From contig OY969934.1 of assembly GCA_963704725.1 (NCBI GenBank), forward strand, positions 1,248,001-1,312,000: a DNA stretch of 64,000 nt, read 5' to 3'. The translations under genes and the position numbers were made by a program. This document shows positions 49,746 to 60,131 of the stretch, piece after piece (position 1 is the stretch's first letter; every line of letters begins with the position of its first letter). The notes under the pieces were generated by a model. That model was not told where the DNA came from. It did not search any database and saw only the letters and a list, made by a program, of their open reading frames with translations. The stretch comes from an uncultured Actinomycetes bacterium (GTDB taxonomy: Bacteria > Actinomycetota > UBA4738 > HRBIN12).

Positions 49746-51059
49746 GTGACCGGCAAGCGCATCCTCGTCGTGGGCGCCGGGTTCGCCGGCCTATATGCCG
49801 CCATGGGAATGAAGTCGCTCGCCCGCGCCGGGCACCGCGTCACGGTGGTGAACGCCGAGAGCTTCATGAAGTACCAGCCGTTCCTGCCCGAGGTAGCCTC
49901 GGGCACGATCGATCCGCGGGCCGTCGTCGTGCCGCTCCGCTCGGTGCTGCGTCACTGCGAGATCGTGATCGGGGAGGTCGAGCGGGTCGACCACGGGGCC
50001 CGTCGCGCCCGGGTGCGTCTGCCCGACGGGCGCGAGCGCGAGCTCGAGTACGACATCGCGGTGCTCGCTCCGGGATCGACCTCCCGGGTGGTGCCGATCC
50101 CGGGGCTGGCCGAGCACGGGGTCGGCTTCAAGACCGTGGAGGAGGCGATCTTCCTCCGCAACCGGGTGCTGTCCCAGCTCGACGTCGCGGCGATCGCGGA
50201 GGACGCCGACGCACGTCGCGCGGCGCTGACGTTCGTGTTCGTGGGGGGCGGGTACGCCGGGGTGGAGGCGCTCGGCGAGCTCGAGGACCTCGCGCGCGAC
50301 GCGATGCGGCACTACCCGACGCTCCGCCCGCGAGAGATGCGGTGGGTCCTGGTCGACATCGCGCCCCGCATCCTGCCCGAGCTGGGTGAGGACCTCGCCG
50401 CCTACGCCGCCGGGCTCCTCGAGGTCCGCGGCATCGAGATCTCGGTGCGCACCGGGCTCGAGTCCTACGAGGGTGGCACGGTCCGGCTCTCGGACGGCAG
50501 GGCGTTCCGCGCCGACACCCTGGTGTGGACGGCCGGTGTTCGCCCCTCGCCGCTCGCGCGTGACTCCGGCCTCCCGGTCGACGAGGCCGGCCGCCTGCCG
50601 ACCGACGAGTACCTGCGGGTGGTCGGCGTGCCGGACCTGTGGGCGGCGGGCGACGCGGCGGCCGTCCCGGACCGCATCGGCGGCGGCCTGATGCCTCCCA
50701 CCGCCCAGCACGGCCTGCGGCAGGGCAGGGCCGTGGGCCGCAACCTCACGGCGTGGCTCGAGGGCGGGACGCTCGCGCCGTTCGCCCATCGCAACCTCGG
50801 GTGGGTCTGCTCGCTCGGCCGGTACAAGGGCGTGGCCCAGGTCTTGGGGATCAAGCTGCGCGGCTTCCCGGCGTGGTTCGCCCACCGGACGTACCACCTG
50901 TACGCGATGCCCACGATCACCCGGCGGGTCAAGATCGCGGCGGACTGGACCGTGGCCCTGCTGTTCCCGCGAGACCTCGCGCAGCTCGGATCGCTCGAGC
51001 ACCCCCGGCGCCCGTTCGAGCAGGCCGCGGGGTCGAAGAGCCCTACGACTCCTGGTTGA
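49746..51059 (+). CDS. ndh: type II NADH dehydrogenase family flavoprotein
   Basis: VVGAGFAG, VGGGYAGVE, LVWTAGV, AGDAAAVPD. Confidence 0.85.
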   Translation: MTGKRILVVGAGFAGLYAAMGMKSLARAGHRVTVVNAESFMKYQPFLPEVASGTIDPRAVVVPLRSVLRHCEIVIGEVERVDHGARRARVRLPDGRERELEYDIAVLAPGSTSRVVPIPGLAEHGVGFKTVEEAIFLRNRVLSQLDVAAIAEDADARRAALTFVFVGGGYAGVEALGELEDLARDAMRHYPTLRPREMRWVLVDIAPRILPELGEDLAAYAAGLLEVRGIEISVRTGLESYEGGTVRLSDGRAFRADTLVWTAGVRPSPLARDSGLPVDEAGRLPTDEYLRVVGVPDLWAAGDAAAVPDRIGGGLMPPTAQHGLRQGRAVGRNLTAWLEGGTLAPFAHRNLGWVCSLGRYKGVAQVLGIKLRGFPAWFAHRTYHLYAMPTITRRVKIAADWTVALLFPRDLAQLGSLEHPRRPFEQAAGSKSPTTPG

Positions 51060-51495
51060 TCTGCGCCGCCGCCGAGAGCGCCGTGTGGCTCCGCTGGAGG
51101 TCGGGCAGCTCGTGCCCGCCCGTGAGCTCCTCGACCGCCCAGTTGGTGAGGTCGCGGATCGAGATGATCCCCACGAGCCGGTCGTCGTCGACGATCGGCA
51201 GGTGCCGGATCCGCCGGTGGGCCATGTGCTCGGCCGCCTCGGCGATGTCGGTCCTCGAGCCGACGGTGTCCAGGTTGGTGCTCATGCGCTCGGAGACCGC
51301 CGTCGTGCGCGGGTCCTTGCCGTCGGCGACGAGGTACACCAGGTCGCGCTCGGTCACGATGCCGGCCAGGCGGTCGCCGTCCATGACGACGACGGAGGAG
51401 ATGGCGTTGTCGTGGAGCAGCGTCGCGACGTGCTCGAACGTGTCCTGCGGGGACGTGGTCTGCACGTCGGCGTTCATGATGTCCTTCACCTGCAT
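51043..51495 (-). CDS. CBS domain pair protein
   Basis: VKDIM, GIVTERD, IRHLPIVD, GIISIRD. Confidence 0.9.
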   Translation of the reverse strand: MQVKDIMNADVQTTSPQDTFEHVATLLHDNAISSVVVMDGDRLAGIVTERDLVYLVADGKDPRTTAVSERMSTNLDTVGSRTDIAEAAEHMAHRRIRHLPIVDDDRLVGIISIRDLTNWAVEELTGGHELPDLQRSHTALSAAAQINQES

Positions 51496-51585
51496 CGGGA
51501 TACCCTCCGGTCGGCCAGGCCCGGCAGTCTATCCTCCGGGCCTCGTCACCGGCCCGGCGCGCTCCGCATCCAGGAGGGACCACGC

Positions 51586-52083
51586 ATGACCGAACCCACG
51601 CCCGGCGCATCGGATCAGCCGCCCCCCGAGGTTCGGCTGCGGGACGTCGAGGAGGCGGACCTCCCCGTCTTCTTCGAGCACCAGCGGGACCCCGAGGCCT
51701 GCCGGCTGGCGGCGTTCGCGCCGCGTGACCGGGAGGCGTTCGACGCGCACTGGGCGAGGATCCTCGGCGACGACCGCGTCGTGGCGAAGACGATCCTGGC
51801 CGGCGGCGTCGTGGCCGGCAACGTCGGGAGCTGGGGGCCGCCCTCGGATCGCCTCGTCGGCTACTGGGTGGGGCAGGACCTGTGGGGGCGGGGGATCGCC
51901 ACCCGGGCGCTCACCGCCTTCCTGTCGCACGAGGACGTGCGGCCGCTGCGGGCCATCGTCGCCCGGCACAACGTGGGCTCGATCCGTGTGCTCGAGAAGT
52001 GCGGCTTCGTCGTGGTCACGGAGCGGGTGGCCGAGGACGGCGTCGAGGAGCTCCTCATGGAGCTGCCGGGCGGCGCGCGCTGA
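51586..52083 (+). CDS. GNAT N-acetyltransferase (RimJ/RimL-like)
   Basis: WGRGIAT, N.GSIRVLEKCGF; GGAGG RBS. Confidence 0.88.
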   Translation: MTEPTPGASDQPPPEVRLRDVEEADLPVFFEHQRDPEACRLAAFAPRDREAFDAHWARILGDDRVVAKTILAGGVVAGNVGSWGPPSDRLVGYWVGQDLWGRGIATRALTAFLSHEDVRPLRAIVARHNVGSIRVLEKCGFVVVTERVAEDGVEELLMELPGGAR

Positions 52084-52095
52084 TCGGGCGCCGGC

Positions 52096-53445
52096 CTAGT
52101 GGTCCGACGCGCCGCTGAAGTTGAAGGACTCGATCCGAAGACCGGGGACCCGCGAGGCGCTGAAGAAGAACTCGCTGGCGAGCTCGGTGTCGCGTCCGAC
52201 CGCGGTCGTGTTGGACAGCGCCTCGAGGACCGACTGCGTGAACCGCAGGTTCTTCACCGGGTGGGCCACCTCGCCGTGCTCGATGAGGAACGTGCCGTCG
52301 CGGGTCATGCCCGTGATCGTCGACTCGACGGGGTGCACGACGTTCGTGTAGTGGAACCGCGTCACGAGCACGCCCCGCTCCGTGTCCGCGATCATCCGCT
52401 CCACGTCGGAATCGCCCGGCTCCATGAACAGGTTGAGCGGGAACGGGCCCTCGGGGTTGGGGGCGGGCAGGGCGTGGCCCGTGGTCGTCGCGCCCGACTG
52501 CTTCGCCGTGCGCAGGTCGTGGACCCCGCCACGGAACACTCCCCGCTCGACGATCATCACGCGGGCTCGCGGGACACCCTCGAAGTCGAAGGGGATCCCG
52601 AGCGTCCCTTCCTGCCGAGCGTCGTCGTAGATCGTGATGCCCTCGGCGGCCACCCGTTGCCCCTCGCGACCAGACAGGCACGAGCGGCCCTCGAGTAGCA
52701 GCCGGCCTCCGAAGCCGATCCACGCGAGGAGCCCAGCCAGCGTCGAGGTGGCCGACGGCTCGAGCACGACGGGGTACCGCCCGGGCGCCAGATCGCGCGG
52801 GGCCTGGGACGCGACCGCCTTGTCCGCCGCTCGCCGCCCGATCGCGGAGGGGTCGAGCTCCGCCACGGCGGGAGCGAAGACCTCCGCGAAGCCGCTCCCG
52901 CCCTCCCCGCCGCCCACGACCGTCGTCAGCGAGGCGAGGGTCGTGGGGGCCCAGCAGAACTGACCCTCGGTGTTGGCGACGGCGACCTCGCTCGCGGTCG
53001 TCTCGAGCGCGCCCGATGCCGTGAAGCCCCCCGGGCACGCCGCGACGAGCTCGGCGACCCCCGCCGCCCGTCGCTCCGGGCCGACCGTCGCGGTCGCCTC
53101 GTCGAACCCGGACGCGTCCTCGAGCGGCGCGGCCGGGGCGAGCCCCGGGAACATCGGGTCGGGCGCGGCGACCCCCGCCATCTCCCTGGCGCTCTCGGCC
53201 GCCGCGCGGGCGCCCCGCGGGGAGAAGTCGTTGGTCGCGGCGATCCCCGTCCGCCCCCCGGCGACGACGCGGACGCGCAGCTCGGTGTCCTCCCGCCACG
53301 TGCTCTGGTGGATCGCGCTCGAGGCGAAGCGCGTGAGCCCTCCCCATTCGTGCAGGAAGAGGACCTCGACGCCGTCGGCTCCCGGGATCTCGAGCGCGGC
53401 GTCCGCCACGCGGCGGATCTCGTCGGGGCCGACGACGCCCGGCAT
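52096..53445 (-). CDS. tldE: TldE/PmbA family protein (non-catalytic partner)
   Basis: LTRFASSAIHQ, PFDFEGVP, TGMTRDGTFLIEHG; no HExxxH. Confidence 0.85.
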   Translation of the reverse strand: MPGVVGPDEIRRVADAALEIPGADGVEVLFLHEWGGLTRFASSAIHQSTWREDTELRVRVVAGGRTGIAATNDFSPRGARAAAESAREMAGVAAPDPMFPGLAPAAPLEDASGFDEATATVGPERRAAGVAELVAACPGGFTASGALETTASEVAVANTEGQFCWAPTTLASLTTVVGGGEGGSGFAEVFAPAVAELDPSAIGRRAADKAVASQAPRDLAPGRYPVVLEPSATSTLAGLLAWIGFGGRLLLEGRSCLSGREGQRVAAEGITIYDDARQEGTLGIPFDFEGVPRARVMIVERGVFRGGVHDLRTAKQSGATTTGHALPAPNPEGPFPLNLFMEPGDSDVERMIADTERGVLVTRFHYTNVVHPVESTITGMTRDGTFLIEHGEVAHPVKNLRFTQSVLEALSNTTAVGRDTELASEFFFSASRVPGLRIESFNFSGASDH

Positions 53446-54887
53446 CAGCCCCGGACCCCCACCTGTACGCGGCGGAACCTCGCCGGCGACGCGCCGTGGC
53501 CCACGCGGGCCGTCTGCCCCGGCTGCCCCTTGCCGCAGTTCGGCGTGCCCCACAACGTCCAGTCCTCGCGCCCGCCCACGGCGTCGCACGAGCCCCAGAA
53601 CTCGGTGGTGATCCCGGTGTAGTTGGGGTTGCGGTACATCTCGACGAGCTTGCCTCCGCGGATCCGCCAGGCCACCTCGCACCCGAACTGGAAGTTCACG
53701 CGCTTGTCGTCGATCGACCACGACGTGTTCGTCGACATGAAGATCCCGTCGTCCGTGTCGCCGATGATGTCGGCGAGCGTTCCCTCCCGGGGCTCGATCG
53801 AGATGTTCGTCATGCGGATCAGCGGCAGGTTCTGCCAGCCGTCGGCGCGCATCGCCCCCGAGCTGGGAAGGCCGAGGACGCTGGCCGTCTCGCGGCTCGA
53901 GATGAAGTCCTGGAAGATGCCGTCGACGATGATCGGGGTGCGCTGCGCCGGAACGCCCTCGTCGTCCCACCCGAACGTCCCGAGGCCGCCGGGGAGCGTC
54001 GCGTCCGCCGTGATCGAGACCAGGTCGCTCGCGTAGCGAAGCCGGCCTCGGTCCTCCGGCCGGACGAACGACGAGCCGGCGTAGGCCTCTTCCATCCCCA
54101 GCACCCGGTCGAGCTCCACGGGATGGCCGATCGACTCGTGGACCTGCAGCTCGACCTGGCCGGAGTCGAGCACCAGCGTCGTCACCTCGCTCGGGCACTC
54201 CTTCGCGCCGAGGAGCCGTACGGCCTCGGCGGCGGTGCGCTCGGACTCCTCGATCAGGCCGAGCTTGCGGATGTGCTCCCATCCGGCCGCCGAGATGTGG
54301 CCGCGGAAGGAGTTGGGGAACGACCGGCGCTGGAGCTCCCCGTCGCCGAGCGCCGTCGCCTCGATGCCCCCGCCCGAGTGCACGGAGGTCTGCTCGACCG
54401 CGGTCCCTTCGCTCGTGGCCAGCCACGTGCGACGGCGGAACAGGTCGATCCCGCCCTCCGCGAACGCGAGGCCCTCGACGCCCTGCATCCGCCGGGTCGC
54501 CTCCATCAGGAGCGCGATCTTCTCCTCGAGCGGGACGTGGAACGGGTCCTCCTGCATCGGCGAGTGCCACGAGCCGCTGACGGGCTCGACCTCGGCCAGG
54601 CGGACCGGCTCCATGGGTAGCCGCGAGGCCGCCCGGGCGATCTCCACGGCGAGCTTGGCCGTGCGATCGATCTCGGCGGGCTCCAGGCGCGCCGTGGCGG
54701 CGAAGCCCCAGTACCCGCCGGCCAGGACCCGGATCCCGATGCCCTCCGACGAGGACCGGTCGATGCCCTCCATCACCTGGTTGCGAACGGTGAGCGACTC
54801 GGAGTCGTCGGCGACCACGCGCCCGTCCGCGTAGTCCGCCCCCGCGGCCTTCGCCGCGTCGACGGCCTGCCTCGCGACGTCGAGCAC
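53445..54887 (-). CDS. tldD: TldD family metalloprotease
   Basis: HESIGHPVELD, WDDEG, RMTN, CGKGQP; start approximate. Confidence 0.92.
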   Translation of the reverse strand: MLDVARQAVDAAKAAGADYADGRVVADDSESLTVRNQVMEGIDRSSSEGIGIRVLAGGYWGFAATARLEPAEIDRTAKLAVEIARAASRLPMEPVRLAEVEPVSGSWHSPMQEDPFHVPLEEKIALLMEATRRMQGVEGLAFAEGGIDLFRRRTWLATSEGTAVEQTSVHSGGGIEATALGDGELQRRSFPNSFRGHISAAGWEHIRKLGLIEESERTAAEAVRLLGAKECPSEVTTLVLDSGQVELQVHESIGHPVELDRVLGMEEAYAGSSFVRPEDRGRLRYASDLVSITADATLPGGLGTFGWDDEGVPAQRTPIIVDGIFQDFISSRETASVLGLPSSGAMRADGWQNLPLIRMTNISIEPREGTLADIIGDTDDGIFMSTNTSWSIDDKRVNFQFGCEVAWRIRGGKLVEMYRNPNYTGITTEFWGSCDAVGGREDWTLWGTPNCGKGQPGQTARVGHGASPARFRRVQVGVRG

Positions 54888-54992
54888 CCGCGCCCCCTCT
54901 TCCCCGATGGACGGCCCGAGCCCCGGGACCGCCGGACAGCCTACCGTGAGGCGCATCCCTCGGGTCCGTCGCGGCGATAGCCTCTTCCCGGC

Positions 54993-55445
54993 GTGAACTG
55001 GTACCTGTTCTGGCGGCTGGTGCACTTCTCGGGAATCGTCGTCTTCGTCGCCGGCCACGGCGTGTCGGCGTCGGTCACGCGGTCCCTTCCGAGGGAGCGC
55101 GATCCGGTCAGGCTCGAGACGCTGCTGCGGCTCTCGCGCTCCACGATCGTGTGGTCGAACGCCGGGCTCGTGGTGCTCGTCGTCGGCGGCGTGGGCAACT
55201 GGATCCACGTGGGGTACTCGCCGAACGGCTGGCTGTGGACGGCCGTCGCAGTGCTGACGCTCCTCGCGGCGCTGGGCCTCGGGGTCGCGTCGCCCTACTT
55301 CCGCCGGATCCGGGCCGCGCTCTCGGCGGGAGACGAGTCGGGGCTCCACACGGCCCTCGCCTCGCCCTTGCCGTGGATGCTGTTCTGGGTGGAGACGGCG
55401 GGCGTCGGCGTGATCCTGTGGCTCATGGTGTACAAGCCGTACTGA
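54993..55445 (+). CDS. DUF2269-like four-TM membrane protein
   Basis: Early H in LVHF, four hydrophobic helices, terminal LMVYKP. Confidence 0.7.
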   Translation: MNWYLFWRLVHFSGIVVFVAGHGVSASVTRSLPRERDPVRLETLLRLSRSTIVWSNAGLVVLVVGGVGNWIHVGYSPNGWLWTAVAVLTLLAALGLGVASPYFRRIRAALSAGDESGLHTALASPLPWMLFWVETAGVGVILWLMVYKPY

Positions 55446-55491
55446 GGGATCGGCCCGGGCGCCGGGTCCGGGCCGGAGGGGAGCTGAGCGC

Positions 55492-56685
55492 ATGGCGACG
55501 TACTTCGCGAACGTCACGCTGTTCGACGGACGGACCCTGCGAACCAAGGCGGGCGTGCTCGTCGCCGACGGCCACGTCGACTGGGTCGGGGCGCACGCGC
55601 GGGCTCCTCGGGTCTCGCGCGCCGCGATCGAGGTCGACGGCACCGGCAAGACGCTCTCGCCCGGGCTGATCGACTGCCACGTGCACCTGTGCTTCGACGG
55701 CGGTGCGGACTTCGCGGCCGAGGCGCGAGAGATGACCTCGGACGCCGCGGCCACGGTCAAGGCGGTGCGCAACGCGGCGCGGACGCTCGAGCACGGCGTG
55801 ACCACGGTTCGCGACCTCGGCGGCCGGGGCGACGCCGCGATCCAGGTCGCCCGCGGCGTCGAGCGCGGACTCATCGCGGGCCCCCGGATCCTCGCGGCGG
55901 GGCGCGCCCTCACGATCACCGGCGGTCACGGACACAACGTCGGGATCTCGCGCGAGGTCGACGGCCCGGACGGCGTTCGCAAGGCGGTGCGCGAGGAGAT
56001 CCGCGCCGGCGCCACGGCGATCAAGGTGATCGCCACCGGCGGCGTGCTCACGCCCGGCATCACGCACGACTTCACGGCGTTCACGCAGGAGGAGCTCGAC
56101 GCCGCCGTCGACGAGGCCCACTCGTGGGGACGGGTGGTCGGCGCGCACGCCATCGGCCCGGAGGGGATCCTGCGATCGATCCGGGCGGGCGCGGACTCGA
56201 TCGAGCACGGCTCCATGCTCACGACCGAGGGCGCCCGGCTGATGAAGGAACGGGGGACCTTCCACGTGCCGACGATCTCCGCGATCCGGGGCATGGTCGA
56301 TCACCCCGACGAGGTGCCGGCCTACGCCGTCGAGAAGGCGACGAAGCTCGTGGACGTCGCGCGCGACGCGTTCCGTCGGTCGATCCGCGCCGGCGTTCGG
56401 ATCGCGTGCGGGACCGACGCCGGGACGCCGTTCAACCCCCACGGGAACACGACGCACGAGATCGTCCGCATGGTCGAGTGGGGGCTCACGCCGCTCCGCG
56501 CCATGCAGTCGGCCACCTCGGTCGCCGCGACACTGCTGCAGCTGGAGGGAGCCGGCCGGGTCGAGGCGGGGGCCGACGCCGACCTCGTCCTGTACGACGC
56601 GAACCCCCTCGAGCAGGTCGACGTCGTGCTGAAGCCGGCGATGGTGATGCGGGCCGGCGCGGCGGTTGCCGGGGCCCCGCTCTAG
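55492..56685 (+). CDS. metal-dependent amidohydrolase (prolidase-like group)
   Basis: PGLIDCHVH, GVTTVRDLG, AHA, SIEHG, GTDAG. Confidence 0.9.
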   Translation: MATYFANVTLFDGRTLRTKAGVLVADGHVDWVGAHARAPRVSRAAIEVDGTGKTLSPGLIDCHVHLCFDGGADFAAEAREMTSDAAATVKAVRNAARTLEHGVTTVRDLGGRGDAAIQVARGVERGLIAGPRILAAGRALTITGGHGHNVGISREVDGPDGVRKAVREEIRAGATAIKVIATGGVLTPGITHDFTAFTQEELDAAVDEAHSWGRVVGAHAIGPEGILRSIRAGADSIEHGSMLTTEGARLMKERGTFHVPTISAIRGMVDHPDEVPAYAVEKATKLVDVARDAFRRSIRAGVRIACGTDAGTPFNPHGNTTHEIVRMVEWGLTPLRAMQSATSVAATLLQLEGAGRVEAGADADLVLYDANPLEQVDVVLKPAMVMRAGAAVAGAPL

Positions 56686-57773
56686 GCGACGGCCCGGCCG
56701 GCCGCCGAGAAGCGGTGCTCCTGCTCGACCGAATCGCACGGGTTGCCGCGGCCGAAGCGCACCGCCATCTCGGTGAGGTCGGCCACCCACCAGAACGTCG
56801 TCGCCGAGTCGTTCGGGCCCGGCGTCCGTTCGGGGTGGCGGCAGAGACCGTCGGGCTCGTCCCGGTGGTCGGACAGGAACGCGCGCAGGGTCTCGGGGCC
56901 GACGGTGCCGGGCTCGGAGGCCGCGAGGAGCTCGGCGGCGCGCGCGTATCGCCTCGCCGAGTGGACGGCGTACCCGGGGTCGCCCTCGTACCGGCGCATG
57001 CGATCGCAGACGTAGTGGTTGGTGTGCACGAGATGTCCCCGTTCGTCGACGCCGGTGAGCTCGGCGTCGGTGGCCGAGCCCTCGACGTTCACGACCTCGC
57101 CCCCCCTCGTCACGAGCACCTGGTTGTAGCTGGACGCGCGGTCGTGGCGCAGCGCCTCGCCCACCGCCCGGTCGAGCGTCGGCTGGCGGAGCATCGCCCG
57201 GTACTGCACCTCGCGGGGGATGCCGATCCGCTCGTCGAGCGGGGCGAGCTCGTTGCCGCTCATCGAGATGCCGGCGTCGTTCCAACCGCAGCTCACCCAC
57301 ACCCCGTTGCCGATCGAGAAGACGGCCGGCTCGCCCGGCACGGAGACCTCGATCCCGACGAGCTCGTTCTGGTAGGTCCGAGGCATGTCGTTGTTGTGGG
57401 CGACCAGGACGTGGTCGTCGCGCGTGGCGGGGGGGACCGCGACGAGGTCCGTGCACCGGCCGGTCAGCCGGCGGGCGTACGGGACGTACCAGATCTCCTC
57501 GGTGGTGCAGGCGAAGACCGCGAGCGGGTCGACGCCGGCGGACTCGGCCAGACCCTCGAGCTCGTCCGCATACCAGGGGTAGGCAGCCGCCGTGACCTCC
57601 AGGTAGCGCTCGGCCAGCGCGAGCTGCTCGGCCCGCGTCCGCCCCTGGGGGATCTCCTCGCCCTCGAACGCCGCACCGCGGCGGATCGTCTCTGCGCAGA
57701 GCTCGCCGATCCGTGCGCCGATCTCGCGATGCGTGCCGGCGACGCGATGGACCGGGATCGGCAGAGAGGCCAT
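56682..57773 (-). CDS. peptidase C45 family (Ntn-hydrolase, acyl-CoA:6-APA acyltransferase-like)
   Basis: GTHREIG, GRCT autoprocessing Cys, AHNND, VHTNHY. Confidence 0.85.
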   Translation of the reverse strand: MASLPIPVHRVAGTHREIGARIGELCAETIRRGAAFEGEEIPQGRTRAEQLALAERYLEVTAAAYPWYADELEGLAESAGVDPLAVFACTTEEIWYVPYARRLTGRCTDLVAVPPATRDDHVLVAHNNDMPRTYQNELVGIEVSVPGEPAVFSIGNGVWVSCGWNDAGISMSGNELAPLDERIGIPREVQYRAMLRQPTLDRAVGEALRHDRASSYNQVLVTRGGEVVNVEGSATDAELTGVDERGHLVHTNHYVCDRMRRYEGDPGYAVHSARRYARAAELLAASEPGTVGPETLRAFLSDHRDEPDGLCRHPERTPGPNDSATTFWWVADLTEMAVRFGRGNPCDSVEQEHRFSAAGRAVA

Positions 57774-57882
57774 CGGCCGGGAGTCTAGGTGGCCTCGCGG
57801 TGGAGGGTCGTCCGTCCCTCTCGGGTCGGGTGCCGGGGCCGAACACTGGTTCCGTAGGGCAACCGGAGGTGACATCGTGGGC

Positions 57883-58401
57883 ATGGAGATCAGGACTGAG
57901 GAAGGTCGCGTTCGGGTCGGCACCGAGGAGTGCTACCGGAACCTCGTCGAGGGGCTGAGGGACGAGCGTGTGCACGTCCGGCTGCTCGCGGTCTGTGGGC
58001 TCGCGGCGTCGGGCGACCCCCGCTCGGTCGAGCACCTCATCGGAGCGCTTCGCGACGAGCACGTCGAGGTCCGCACCCGCGCCGCGTTCGCCCTGGGCCG
58101 GCTGGGCGAGGCCCAGGCCGCGCCGTACCTGATCGAGGCCGCCCGCTCGGACGATCCCGAGCTCCACTGCGCCGCGATCACGGCGCTCGGCGAGCTCGGC
58201 GAGGTCGCGGTGGGTGTCCTGGCCGAGGAGCTGCGGACGGGCGGTCCGGCCGATCGCGTCCGAGCGGCGATCGCGCTCGGCGAGACCCGGACGATCGCGG
58301 CGCTGGAGCATCTGACGGCGGCCCTTGAGGACGAGGACCCGACCGTTCGCGCCCGGGCCCGGGAGGCCGTCGAGAAGATCCGCGAGACGCCGGTCTTCTG
58401 A
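57883..58401 (+). CDS. HEAT-repeat (PBS lyase-like) protein
   Basis: Repeated VR..AA.ALG units. Confidence 0.8.
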   Translation: MEIRTEEGRVRVGTEECYRNLVEGLRDERVHVRLLAVCGLAASGDPRSVEHLIGALRDEHVEVRTRAAFALGRLGEAQAAPYLIEAARSDDPELHCAAITALGELGEVAVGVLAEELRTGGPADRVRAAIALGETRTIAALEHLTAALEDEDPTVRARAREAVEKIRETPVF

Positions 58402-58444
58402 ACGAGCCCGGCCGGGTCCCCCCGGACCCGTCTCGCCGCGAGCG

Positions 58445-58960
58445 CTACGCGACCGGCGCGCAGGCGCCGAGCTCGGTGGCGATGGCGTCCGCCCAAGCCC
58501 GGACGTGGCCGAAGTCCCGGAAGTCCTTGCCCAGCCCGGCGTCGATCATCCGCTTCACGACGAACCCCTCCGGGTGCTCGGCGTCGATCCGCCCACCGAA
58601 CGTGGCGTGCGCGTGGAACCCGATGTGATCGGCGTGCGCCCGAACACGCTTGGGAAGCGGGATGTCGCGACGCTCCGCGGAGTCGTCCAAGGGACCGCTC
58701 TGGAACAGCCACACGTCCCGCTCGGCCAGCTCGGCGTCGAATCGGCGCAGGAACGTGAGCGCCTCGTGCCGCCACCGATCCATGTACACCGCGCTGCCGA
58801 GCACGACGGCCCGATAGGGCTCGACGCTGAGGACGTCCTCGACCCGTTCGCGGTCCACCTCCAGGCCCGCCGCGACGAGGCGCTCGGCCACCGCGTCGGC
58901 GATCCCGGCCGTCGAACCCATCTTGCTCGCGAACGCCACCAGCACCTTGGTGCTCTCCAT
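58445..58960 (-). CDS. flavodoxin-domain protein (HemG-like)
   Basis: FASKMGSTAGIA, VLGSAVY, DFRDF..VRAWA. Confidence 0.85.
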   Translation of the reverse strand: MESTKVLVAFASKMGSTAGIADAVAERLVAAGLEVDRERVEDVLSVEPYRAVVLGSAVYMDRWRHEALTFLRRFDAELAERDVWLFQSGPLDDSAERRDIPLPKRVRAHADHIGFHAHATFGGRIDAEHPEGFVVKRMIDAGLGKDFRDFGHVRAWADAIATELGACAPVA

Positions 58961-59091
58961 CGGCCCCTCCTCGAGTCCGTCTCAACCTTCGCTCCCCGGG
59001 GGGCGCGCCTGGAGGGACCGTGGTCCGTCCCCGTCGGGGCCGGACGGCCCCGCGGTCGGGGCGTGTCGGAGGGGGCCCCTACGCTGGCCGC

Positions 59092-60102
59092 ATGCAGACG
59101 CTGGGGTACGTGGCGCTCGCGCTGGCGGCCGGGGCCGCGCTCGGTGCGGTGCTGGCGCGAGCCGGTCGCCGACCGGGGGAGGACGACATCGGCGGCGCCG
59201 GGACCCAAGCTCGGATCGAGGCCCGGCTCGAGGTCCAGGCCGCCGAGCTGCGGCGTCTGGCCGACGGCTCGGCCGCCCGGGACGGTGGGGCGCAGGAGGT
59301 CCGCCGCGAGCTCGCGTCCGCGCGGCAGGCGCTCGAGCGGCTCGCCCTGAGCGAGGAGGACCGCAGGGAGCGCGAGCGCGAGTCCTGGGACGTGGTTCGC
59401 CGCTTGTCCACCGTGCTCGCCGGCGGCGCGTCGAAGGGCCGGGCCGGCGAGAACGTCCTCCGCGAGCATCTCGCGCAGCTCCCACCGGGCATGCTGGTGA
59501 CCGACCTCCGCGTGAACGGCAAGGTCGTCGAGTTCGGCCTGGAGCTGCCCGACGGACGGCGTCTGCCGGTCGACTCCAAGTGGACGGCCGTGGCGGAGCT
59601 CGAGGCGCTCGAGGCCTGCGAGGAGCCGGGGGAGCGCGAACGCATCGCCCGCGAGATCGAGCGGCACGTCGCCCACCGCGCCCGCGAGGTCGCGCAGTAC
59701 CTCGATCCTGCGATCACGGCGCCGGTCGCGGTCGCGGCGATCCCGGATGCGGCCTACGCCGTCCTGCGTCGCGCGCACGCCGACGCGTTCGCGCGGGGCG
59801 TCGTCATCGTGCCGTACTCGACGGCCCTGCCCGTGCTCCTGTTCCTGTACCGGCTCGTCTATCGGCTCGGCGACGCCGACGACGCCCGCGCCGCGCTCGA
59901 GGAGGTGGCCGCGCTGCTCGACGCGCTGGAGGGCGTGCTCGAGAACAAGGTGGCCCGGGCCGGCGCGATGATCGCGAACGCGGCCGACGAGCTGCGGTCG
60001 GGCATCGGCAAGGCGCGAGGCTCGGTCGCTCGGGGGCGGGTCCTCACCCGCCCGGCACAGGCGCCTCCGCTTGCCGAGGGGGTCCTGAAGGCGGTTCCCT
60101 AG
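59092..60102 (+). CDS. rmuC: DNA recombination protein RmuC family
   Basis: N-terminal TM, coiled coil, KGRAGE, LPDGRRLPVDSKW. Confidence 0.8.
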   Translation: MQTLGYVALALAAGAALGAVLARAGRRPGEDDIGGAGTQARIEARLEVQAAELRRLADGSAARDGGAQEVRRELASARQALERLALSEEDRRERERESWDVVRRLSTVLAGGASKGRAGENVLREHLAQLPPGMLVTDLRVNGKVVEFGLELPDGRRLPVDSKWTAVAELEALEACEEPGERERIAREIERHVAHRAREVAQYLDPAITAPVAVAAIPDAAYAVLRRAHADAFARGVVIVPYSTALPVLLFLYRLVYRLGDADDARAALEEVAALLDALEGVLENKVARAGAMIANAADELRSGIGKARGSVARGRVLTRPAQAPPLAEGVLKAVP

Positions 60103-60131
60103 TCGTTCGGACGGACGAGGAGGCGAGCCGC

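Noticed and set aside
41816-54887. Repeat peptide as a RiPP precursor processed by TldD/E
   Set aside because: About 10 kb apart, no leader/core structure, and no YcaO, radical SAM, ATP-grasp or exporter nearby
59092-60102. RmuC nuclease-like protein, with Fic and HARE-HTH, as a defence island
   Set aside because: The genes are scattered over 60 kb among housekeeping genes, and RmuC is a widespread core gene
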